Below, piece by piece: positions 24,855 to 32,000 of a stretch of DNA of 32,000 nt. The notes below the pieces were generated by a model, which saw nothing but the letters and a program-made list of their open reading frames with translations, was not told the DNA's origin and did no database searches. Position numbers and translations under genes: made by a program. The stretch is from NCBI RefSeq assembly GCF_054888695.1, contig NZ_CM142671.1; one strand, given 5' to 3'. Within the stretch, counting starts at the first letter, position 1; each line of letters starts with the position of its first letter.

Positions 24855-27173
24855 ATGAAAATTAGCGACGGAAACTGGTTGATTCAACCTGGCCTCAATT
24901 TGATTCACCCGCTTCAGGTGTTCGAGGTTGAACAGCAGGGTAATGAAATGGTGGTCTATGCTGCCCCTCGTGATGTGCGTGAACGTACCTGGCAGCTTGA
25001 TACGCCTTTATTTACGCTGCGCTTTTTCTCCCCACAGGAAGGTATTGTCGGTGTACGGATTGAGCATTTTCAGGGGGCGCTGAATAACGGTCCTCATTAT
25101 CCGCTCAATATTTTGCAGGACGTGAAGGTCACAATCGAAAACACAGAACGTTACGCTGAGTTTAAAAGTGGCAACTTAAGCGCGCGTGTCAGCAAAGGTG
25201 AGTTCTGGTCACTGGATTTTCTGCGCAACGGCGAACGTATTACCGGTAGTCAGGTGAAAAATAACGGCTACGTGCAGGACACGAATAATCAACGAAATTA
25301 TATGTTTGAGCGGCTGGATCTTGGCGTTGGCGAAACAGTTTACGGTCTGGGAGAGCGCTTTACTGCCCTGGTGCGCAATGGCCAGACGGTAGAGACCTGG
25401 AACCGGGACGGCGGCACAAGTACTGAACAGGCGTATAAAAATATTCCGTTCTATATGACTAACCGTGGTTATGGGGTACTGGTCAATCATCCTCAATGCG
25501 TCTCTTTTGAAGTGGGATCGGAGAAAGTCTCCAAAGTGCAGTTCAGCGTTGAGAGTGAATATCTCGAATACTTTGTTATCGACGGCCCGACGCCGAAAGC
25601 GGTACTTGATAGTTATACCCGTTTTACTGGTCGTCCGGCGCTGCCGCCCGCGTGGTCCTTCGGCCTGTGGCTAACCACTTCATTTACCACCAACTACGAC
25701 GAAGCGACGGTAAACAGCTTTATCGATGGTATGGCGGAACGCAATCTGCCGCTGCATGTTTTCCACTTTGACTGTTTCTGGATGAAAGCCTTCCAGTGGT
25801 GCGATTTTGAGTGGGACCCGCTGACTTTCCCGGACCCGGAAGGGATGATCCGCCGCCTGAAAGCGAAAGGGCTAAAAATCTGCGTCTGGATTAACCCCTA
25901 TATCGGGCAAAAATCCCCTGTCTTTAAAGAGTTACAAGAGAAAGGTTATTTACTCAAACGCCCGGACGGTTCGCTGTGGCAGTGGGATAAATGGCAGCCA
26001 GGTCTGGCGATTTATGACTTTACCAATCCGGATGCCTGCAAATGGTACGCCGACAAACTGAAAGGTCTGGTCGCGATGGGCGTTGATTGCTTTAAGACCG
26101 ACTTTGGCGAACGTATTCCAACCGATGTTCAATGGTTTGATGGTTCCGATCCGCAGAAAATGCATAACCATTATGCGTACATCTACAACGAACTGGTGTG
26201 GAACGTGCTCAAGGAAACCGTTGGCGAGGAAGAAGCCGTCTTGTTTGCCCGCTCGGCCTCCGTCGGTGCGCAGAAATTCCCGGTACATTGGGGTGGCGAC
26301 TGTTACGCTAACTACGAATCAATGGCGGAAAGCCTGCGCGGTGGTTTGTCTATTGGCCTTTCTGGTTTTGGCTTCTGGAGCCACGATATCGGCGGCTTTG
26401 AGAATACCGCTCCGGCGCACGTTTACAAACGCTGGTGCGCGTTTGGTTTGCTCTCCAGCCATAGCCGTTTACACGGCAGCAAATCTTATCGTGTGCCGTG
26501 GGCCTATGATGATGAGTCCTGTGATGTGGTGCGCTTCTTCACGCAACTGAAATGCCGCATGATGCCGTATCTGTATCGTGAAGCTGCACGTGCAAACGCC
26601 CGGGGTACCCCGATGATGCGGGCCATGATGATGGAGTTCCCGGACGATCCGGCTTGTGATTACCTTGACCGTCAATACATGTTAGGCGATAACGTGATGG
26701 TTGCTCCGGTGTTCACTGAAGCGGGCGATGTGCAGTTCTACCTGCCGGAAGGTCGCTGGACACACCTGTGGCACAACGATGAACTCGACGGTAGTCGCTG
26801 GCATAAACAGCAGCACGGCTTCCTGAGTCTGCCCGTTTATGTGCGTGATAACACCCTACTGGCGCTGGGCAACAACGAGCAACGTCCCGATTACGCGTGG
26901 CACGAAGGCACGGCATTCCAGCTCTTTAATCTGCAAGACGGGCATGAAGCCATCTGTGAAGTGCCCGCTGCCGATGGTTCCGTTCTTTTCACCCTGAAAG
27001 CGGCGCGTACTAGCAACACAATTACTGTGACTGGTGCGGGCGTGGCGAAGAACTGGACGCTGTGCTTGCGCAATGTTGTGAAAGTAAATGGTCTGCAAGG
27101 CGGTTCGCAGGCTGAAAGTGAGCAGGGGCTGGTGGTGACGCCTCAAGGGAATGCGCTGACAATTACGTTGTAA
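24855..27173 (+). CDS. yicI: Alpha-xylosidase, glycoside hydrolase family 31.
   Basis: 772 aa with GH31 motifs (KTDFGE, HWGGD), matching E. coli YicI. It starts 9 nt after the yicJ stop, so the two form an operon. Confidence 0.95.
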   Translation: MKISDGNWLIQPGLNLIHPLQVFEVEQQGNEMVVYAAPRDVRERTWQLDTPLFTLRFFSPQEGIVGVRIEHFQGALNNGPHYPLNILQDVKVTIENTERYAEFKSGNLSARVSKGEFWSLDFLRNGERITGSQVKNNGYVQDTNNQRNYMFERLDLGVGETVYGLGERFTALVRNGQTVETWNRDGGTSTEQAYKNIPFYMTNRGYGVLVNHPQCVSFEVGSEKVSKVQFSVESEYLEYFVIDGPTPKAVLDSYTRFTGRPALPPAWSFGLWLTTSFTTNYDEATVNSFIDGMAERNLPLHVFHFDCFWMKAFQWCDFEWDPLTFPDPEGMIRRLKAKGLKICVWINPYIGQKSPVFKELQEKGYLLKRPDGSLWQWDKWQPGLAIYDFTNPDACKWYADKLKGLVAMGVDCFKTDFGERIPTDVQWFDGSDPQKMHNHYAYIYNELVWNVLKETVGEEEAVLFARSASVGAQKFPVHWGGDCYANYESMAESLRGGLSIGLSGFGFWSHDIGGFENTAPAHVYKRWCAFGLLSSHSRLHGSKSYRVPWAYDDESCDVVRFFTQLKCRMMPYLYREAARANARGTPMMRAMMMEFPDDPACDYLDRQYMLGDNVMVAPVFTEAGDVQFYLPEGRWTHLWHNDELDGSRWHKQQHGFLSLPVYVRDNTLLALGNNEQRPDYAWHEGTAFQLFNLQDGHEAICEVPAADGSVLFTLKAARTSNTITVTGAGVAKNWTLCLRNVVKVNGLQGGSQAESEQGLVVTPQGNALTITL

Positions 27174-27187
27174 TCTATTGAAGAATG

Positions 27188-27218
27188 CCGGATACGAATG
27201 GTTTTGTGTCGTATCCGG
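27188..27218 (+). terminator. Hairpin downstream of yicI. It may be a terminator or the boundary of the conserved block.
   Basis: ccggatacga (27188-27197), an 11-nt loop, then tcgtatccgg (27209-27218). The tail taaataatc is not a clear U-tract. Confidence 0.4.
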
Positions 27219-27271
27219 TAAATAATCTCACATCTGGTAATAAATATTTCTTCCATCGTATTTGCGAGCAT

Positions 27272-27302
27272 GATCACGATTATTCATCACGAAAATGTGA
27301 TC
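27272..27302. promoter_or_regulatory. Operator-like repeat cluster upstream of the PTS regulator gene.
   Basis: - Outer inverted repeat gatcac (27272-27277) / gtgatc (27297-27302).
- Inner inverted repeat atcac-N6-gtgat (27286-27301).
- Direct repeat atcacga at 27273 and 27286.
- Includes AAATGTGATCT, a good CRP left half-site without a matching right half. Confidence 0.3.
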
Positions 27303-27467
27303 TGTGCTGAAAAATATCCCTTAACCGCCTTGCTTTGTTTTATCACTGTCCGGATTACGGACATATTTTAGTATTGTTGTGAAATTATTCTGCTTTATAT
27401 TTACCCTCAGAGATGGCAACTGAAGCTCTTCCTCATAGGGCTTCTTAATCTGTGATAAGGGTAAAAA

Positions 27468-29021
27468 ATGCAAATGATTACCTCGCGACAAAACAGATTA
27501 TTACGATTCCTTTTACCTCGAAGGGAATATACGACTATTGTTACGATTGCCGGCTATTTAAATGTTTCGGAAAAAACCATTCAACGTGATTTACGTTTAC
27601 TTGAGCAATGGCTGGGGCAATGGAGAATAAATGTTGAGAAGCGTGCTGGCGCGGGTGTGATGTTAAGCGCGGAGAATATTGCTGATTTGCTGCATCTTGA
27701 TCATTTGTTGGGAGCAGAATGTGAAGAGATTGATGGTGTAATGAATAATGCCAGGCGCGTTAAAATAGCGTCGCAGTTATTAAGTGAAACACCGAATGAA
27801 ACGTCGATCAGTAAATTGTCAGAACGCTACTTTATCAGCGGAGCCTCTATTGTTAATGACCTGAGAGTAATTGAGTCCTGGCTTGCGCCGTTGGGGTTAT
27901 CATTGATCCGCAGCCCAAGTGGTACGCATATTGAAGGTAGTGAAGGGCAAGTCCGACAGGCAATGGCATTACTGATTAACGGCATTATTAACCATAATGA
28001 GCCGCAAGGTGTCGTGTATTCACGTCTGGATCCCGGAAGTTATAAAGCATTAGTCCATTATTTTGGAGAAGAAGAGGTGTTATTTGTCCAGTCATTGTTA
28101 CTGGATATGGAAAATGAATTAAGTTGGTCTTTGGGAGAGCCTTATTACGTTAACATTTTTACTCACATCCTTATTATGATGTATCGCAACACGCACGGGA
28201 ATGCGTTATCCAGAGAAGAAGATCAAACCAGGCAATATGATGAAAATATCTTTAATGTTGCCAGTCAGATGATTCATAAGATAGAACAACGAATTGCACA
28301 TACATTGCCCGATGATGAAGTCTGGTTTATTTATCAATATATCATTTCATCAGGTGTGGCGATTGATGGACAAAAAGATGTGAGCATTATTTCACATATG
28401 CAGGCCAGCAATGAAGCGCGTCTGATTACCTGGCGTTTAATTACGGTATTCAGTGACATCGTGGACTGCGATTTTAGTGAAGACAGCGCATTATATGATG
28501 GCTTGTTGGTTCATATTAAGCCGCTGATTAACCGACTAAATTATCGCATTCATATCCGTAATCTATTGCTGGAAGATATTAAAGCAGAATTAGCGGATGT
28601 CTGGCGGTTGACGCAATATGTGGTGAATCAGGTATTTAAAACCTGGGGTGAGAATGCAGTGAGCGAGGATGAAGTGGGTTACCTGACCGTTCATTTTCAG
28701 GCTGCGATGGAGCGGCAAATTGCCCGTAAACGTGTATTACTGGTCTGTTCAACCGGAATCGGAACTTCGCATCTACTGAAAAGCCGTATTCTGCGAGCAT
28801 TTCCTGAATGGACGATTGTTGATGTTATTTCAGCAGCGAATTTATCACAGGTTTTGCCTGACAATATCGAACTGATTATTTCGACAATTAATTTGCCTAC
28901 AGTCACTATGCCGGTCGCTTATGTTACCGCTTTTTTTAATGATGCCGATATTAAGCGGGTCACTGAAATGGTGATTACGGAAAAATTACATCATGCGACG
29001 TCTCGGGTCGTTGAAATTTAA
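27468..29021 (+). CDS. Mga/BglG-family PRD-containing transcriptional activator (HTH - Mga-like - PRD - PRD - EIIB-like). It resembles FrzR of the ExPEC frz operon.
   Basis: - N-terminal HTH: RQNRLLRFLL...YTTIVTIAGYLNVSEKTIQRDLRLLEQWL.
- PRD-like helices with conserved His: IFTHILIMMYR and LLVHIKPLINRL.
- C-terminal PTS EIIB-like motif: RVLLVCSTGIGTSHLLKSRI.
- I have not verified the frzR name by search, so the symbol is left empty. Confidence 0.8.
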   Translation: MQMITSRQNRLLRFLLPRREYTTIVTIAGYLNVSEKTIQRDLRLLEQWLGQWRINVEKRAGAGVMLSAENIADLLHLDHLLGAECEEIDGVMNNARRVKIASQLLSETPNETSISKLSERYFISGASIVNDLRVIESWLAPLGLSLIRSPSGTHIEGSEGQVRQAMALLINGIINHNEPQGVVYSRLDPGSYKALVHYFGEEEVLFVQSLLLDMENELSWSLGEPYYVNIFTHILIMMYRNTHGNALSREEDQTRQYDENIFNVASQMIHKIEQRIAHTLPDDEVWFIYQYIISSGVAIDGQKDVSIISHMQASNEARLITWRLITVFSDIVDCDFSEDSALYDGLLVHIKPLINRLNYRIHIRNLLLEDIKAELADVWRLTQYVVNQVFKTWGENAVSEDEVGYLTVHFQAAMERQIARKRVLLVCSTGIGTSHLLKSRILRAFPEWTIVDVISAANLSQVLPDNIELIISTINLPTVTMPVAYVTAFFNDADIKRVTEMVITEKLHHATSRVVEI

Positions 29022-29047
29022 TGTCAGAATTTTATGAGGTATGACGA

Positions 29048-29518
29048 ATGGACATAACAAAAATCCTGAATACGAATCGCGTTATTTTAGATATGCAAGC
29101 GACGAATAAAGCGGAGGCGATTGAAGAATTAACTAATCTTCTCAAAAAAGATGGTGCGATCGATTGTCGGGAAACCTTTATTAAAGATGTCTGGCAGCGC
29201 GAAGCGGAAGGCTCGACTGGTTTTGAAAATCATATTGCGATCCCGCATGGTAAATCTTCTGCGGTAATTAATACTACGCTGGCAATTGGCCGTACCCGCC
29301 AGGATATTCCCTGGGAAACGCTGGATGGCAGTAGCGTGCGCTGTATTATTTTATTTGCGGTACGTCTTGAAGATCAAAATACCACCCATATCCGTTTACT
29401 TTCCCAGGTCGCGGGCGCGCTGGCGGATGATGACATCATAGAACAATTGTTAGTTGAGACGAGTCCGCAAAAAATCATTGATCTCTTTAGTCAGTATGCA
29501 CAATCCGATGTCTGCTAA
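29048..29518 (+). CDS. PTS EIIA component, fructose/mannitol (EIIA-2) family.
   Basis: 156 aa with the phosphorylatable His context FENHIAIPHGKS. GAGGT Shine-Dalgarno upstream. Confidence 0.85.
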   Translation: MDITKILNTNRVILDMQATNKAEAIEELTNLLKKDGAIDCRETFIKDVWQREAEGSTGFENHIAIPHGKSSAVINTTLAIGRTRQDIPWETLDGSSVRCIILFAVRLEDQNTTHIRLLSQVAGALADDDIIEQLLVETSPQKIIDLFSQYAQSDVC

Positions 29519-29535
29519 ATAACAGGGAGTATGTC

Positions 29536-29850
29536 ATGAATATTGTCTGTGTTGCCGCCTGTACGGCGGGTATTGCTCATACCTATATTGCTCGTGAAAA
29601 GTTAATCAAAGGAGCAAAAGCTCTGGGCCATACCATTAAAGTTGAAACCCAGGGAACCATTGGTACAGAAAATGAATTACAGGCGGCAGATATCTCTGCT
29701 GCTGACGTCGTGATTCTTGCTGTAGATGTGAAAATAAAAGGAGAAGAACGCTTCACCAATAAACGTATTGTGCGAGTAAAGACAGAGATCGTCATTAAAT
29801 CGCCCGTTCAATTTCTTGAAAAGGTCGAAAAATCACTGGGAAACAAATGA
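29536..29850 (+). CDS. PTS EIIB component, fructose-like family.
   Basis: 104 aa. The N-terminal IVCVAACTAGIAHTYIA motif carries the catalytic Cys typical of fructose-type EIIB. GGGAG Shine-Dalgarno upstream. Confidence 0.85.
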   Translation: MNIVCVAACTAGIAHTYIAREKLIKGAKALGHTIKVETQGTIGTENELQAADISAADVVILAVDVKIKGEERFTNKRIVRVKTEIVIKSPVQFLEKVEKSLGNK

Positions 29851-29874
29851 TCCTTATACTGGAGGGATCTTAAT

Positions 29875-30966
29875 ATGAAAGACAATAAAATTCCGGTTTC
29901 ACAGGAAATTAAAAAACATTTATTAACCGGCATCTCGTGGATGATACCCCTTATTGTGGCCGCCGGGATATGTATTGCGTTGGGGCAAGTTCTTGGCGGT
30001 ACAGATGTTGGTGAAAAAACAGGAACAATCCCGTGGATGCTTAATCAGATTGGCGGCTGGGGAATGGGGCTGATTGTGCCGCTGATTAGCGCGGCAATTG
30101 CCTATTCTATTGCCGATCGTCCCGGATTTGCCCCGGGTCTGATTGTCGGCTTTCTCTGTGGGCAAATCCATACCGGATTTATTGGCGGTATGTTGGGTGG
30201 TTTCCTGGTGGGCTACACCATTTTGCTACTTAAACGCTATATCCGCCTGCCGCAGTCGATGCAAGGACTCATGCCAATCATGGTGTTGCCGGTATTAAGC
30301 ACCATTATCGGTGGGCTGTTAATGATGACGCTGATTGGTAAACCCATCGCCTGGTTACAAGAAGCACTGATTCATTTGCTCGAGTCGATGCAGGGCGGAT
30401 CGCGCTTCCTGATGGGGGCCATACTTGGCGCGATGGCAACCTTCGATTTCGGTGGTCCAGTCAATAAAACCATGTCGCTGTTTTCCGATGGCTTGCTGGT
30501 CAGTGGCGTCTACGGACCAGAAGCCGTGAAATTTGTCGGCTCCATCATCCCACCGTTTGGTATCACACTTTCGTTCTTACTGACACGCCATAAATATACC
30601 CGTGCGGAGCGCGAGGCGCTGAAAGCCGCGTTTCCGATGGGGATCTGCATGATCACTGAAGGAGTCATTCCGATCGCCGCGCGTGACCTGCTGCGAGTAG
30701 TGGGATCTTGTGTGGTGGCATCGGCGGTCGCGGGCGGCTTAATCATGGTGTGGGGCGTGGAGAGTCCGGTTCCACATGGCGGCATGTTTGTTGTGCCTCT
30801 GTTCACCCATCCTCTGCTGTTTTGCCTGGCGCTGGGTATAGGCACGGTGATTTGTGGCGTGATGCTTTCACTCTGGAAGAAACCGGTAACGGAACGCGAC
30901 GAAGAGTTTGACGAACTGAGCGATCAAAAGCTGAAAGATGAAGAGATCACTTTCACCCTCGAATAA
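29875..30966 (+). CDS. PTS EIIC permease, fructose-like family.
   Basis: 363 aa polytopic membrane protein with EIIC-fructose-like motifs (IAYSIADRPGFAPGLIVG, FDFGGPVNK). GGAGGG Shine-Dalgarno upstream. Confidence 0.85.
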   Translation: MKDNKIPVSQEIKKHLLTGISWMIPLIVAAGICIALGQVLGGTDVGEKTGTIPWMLNQIGGWGMGLIVPLISAAIAYSIADRPGFAPGLIVGFLCGQIHTGFIGGMLGGFLVGYTILLLKRYIRLPQSMQGLMPIMVLPVLSTIIGGLLMMTLIGKPIAWLQEALIHLLESMQGGSRFLMGAILGAMATFDFGGPVNKTMSLFSDGLLVSGVYGPEAVKFVGSIIPPFGITLSFLLTRHKYTRAEREALKAAFPMGICMITEGVIPIAARDLLRVVGSCVVASAVAGGLIMVWGVESPVPHGGMFVVPLFTHPLLFCLALGIGTVICGVMLSLWKKPVTERDEEFDELSDQKLKDEEITFTLE

Positions 30967-30977
30967 CCGGAGGCCCT

Positions 30978-31829
30978 ATGTTTGCCGATATGAAAAGTAT
31001 GGTGATGAAAGCCTGGCATGAACATTACGCCTTGCTGGCGATCAACTGTATGAATCTGGAAAGTGCTCGCGCAGCTATCCGCGTGGCGGAGAAGAATCGC
31101 GCTCCGATCATTCTCAATCTCTATCAGGGGCATCTGGCGCATTTTCCTGCACCCGTCGCGGCGGCAGTGGTTAAAACGCTCGCGGAATCTGCCTCAGTAC
31201 CGGTCGCTCTGGCGCTTGATCATGGCAAAAATCCGGACTGTATTCGTCAGGCGTTTCGTGCTGGTTTCAGCGGATTAATGATTGATGCTTCCGCTTTTCC
31301 CCTGGAGGAAAACGTGCGCCAGACCCGGGCGGTGGTGGAACTCGCCGCCAGCGTGCAGCTCTGCGTGGAAGGTGAACTGGGCCATCTGGCAGATGCGCCG
31401 CGTTACGACCAGGCCGCCAATGCAGACCTGATGACTCAACCCACTGATGTGGAAGCGTTTATCGCCCAGACAGGCATTGATCTACTGGCCGTCTCGGTAG
31501 GCACGGCGCACGGCATGTACGCGCCTGGTGTTGTACCTGCTATTGATTTTCAGCGTCTGGCGGAGATTTTCCACTGCTCGAGCGTGCCTCTGGCATTACA
31601 TGGCGGTAGCGGTACGCCGTTCGATCAGCTCCAGCTCTGTACGACGCTGGGGGTAGCAAAAATCAACGTGGGGGCGGCCATTTTTGAACGGGGGAAATCC
31701 GCGCTCCTGCATACCCTCTGTCACGATATATCCATTGAACTGGTGGACGCGCTGAAAGCTATGGAACTGGCCTTCGAAGAAGCGATTACACCGTATTTAC
31801 AGGCGAGCGGCTCTATCGGCAAAGCCTGA
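30978..31829 (+). CDS. Class II ketose-1,6-bisphosphate aldolase (fructose/tagatose-bisphosphate aldolase family), paralog 1.
   Basis: 283 aa with family motifs LALDHGK, EGELGHL, SVGTAHGMY and LALHGGSG. GGAGG Shine-Dalgarno 4 nt before the ATG. Confidence 0.85.
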   Translation: MFADMKSMVMKAWHEHYALLAINCMNLESARAAIRVAEKNRAPIILNLYQGHLAHFPAPVAAAVVKTLAESASVPVALALDHGKNPDCIRQAFRAGFSGLMIDASAFPLEENVRQTRAVVELAASVQLCVEGELGHLADAPRYDQAANADLMTQPTDVEAFIAQTGIDLLAVSVGTAHGMYAPGVVPAIDFQRLAEIFHCSSVPLALHGGSGTPFDQLQLCTTLGVAKINVGAAIFERGKSALLHTLCHDISIELVDALKAMELAFEEAITPYLQASGSIGKA

Positions 31830-31909
31830 TTCATTTTCTGTCATGGCCTTTATGCCAGTGCAATAACGCACCGGCAGGGCGGACTACACGCTGAAACTGG
31901 AGATTTAAC

Positions 31910-32000
31910 ATGTTAGTTTCGATGAAAGAATTACTGCAACCTACCCGCCAGCACGGCTTTGCCATTGGCGCATTTAATGTGGCGGATAACTGTTTCCTTC
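31910..32000 (+). CDS. Class II ketose-bisphosphate aldolase, paralog 2. Only the 5' end is present because the window ends here.
   Basis: It translates as MLVSMKELLQPTRQHGFAIGAFNVADNCF..., the canonical N-terminus of class II FBP/tagatose-BP aldolases. A GGAG Shine-Dalgarno lies at 31898-31901. The ORF track does not list it because it is truncated. Confidence 0.7.
   Translation, partial: MLVSMKELLQPTRQHGFAIGAFNVADNCFL

Noticed and set aside
27293-27314. A full CRP binding site upstream of the PTS regulator.
   Set aside because: Only the left half (AAATGTGATCT) fits the consensus. The right half (gtgctgaaaaa) does not resemble AGATCACATTT. It is therefore kept only as part of a generic operator-like repeat.

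Overview
This window looks like Escherichia coli chromosome around the selC tRNA locus. A conserved core block, yicS-nlpA-yicL-setC-selC-yicJ-yicI (about 18.9-27.2 kb), is flanked on both sides by accessory DNA.

Left side (1-18.9 kb): this matches, from memory and with no search run, the eip/air island described in enteroaggregative E. coli 042.
- A giant intimin/invasin-family inverse autotransporter (air/eaeX-like, about 11.4 kb). Its passenger contains 20 tandem 291-bp Ig-like repeats.
- A convergent AT-rich operon encoding a HilA-like regulator (eilA), SipD/SipC/SipB-like type III translocators (eipD, eipC, eipB) and a SicA-like chaperone (eicA).
- No type III secretion apparatus genes are present in the window.

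Right side (27.2-32 kb): a frz-like carbohydrate operon with an Mga/PRD-family activator, fructose-family PTS EIIA, EIIB and EIIC, and two class II ketose-bisphosphate aldolases. The second aldolase is cut by the window edge.

Points worth a second look:
- A 1-nt frameshift separates the adhesin's LysM/beta-barrel from its passenger.
- The repeat array is mosaic and contains exact duplications.
- GC content changes sharply within the single adhesin gene.
- An unlisted-function 60-codon ORF sits between the chaperone and translocator genes.
- A RhuM-family gene relic lies directly beside the 3' end of selC.

I do not see a clearly undescribed system. The most unusual content is the apparatus-less translocon module together with the disrupted giant adhesin.
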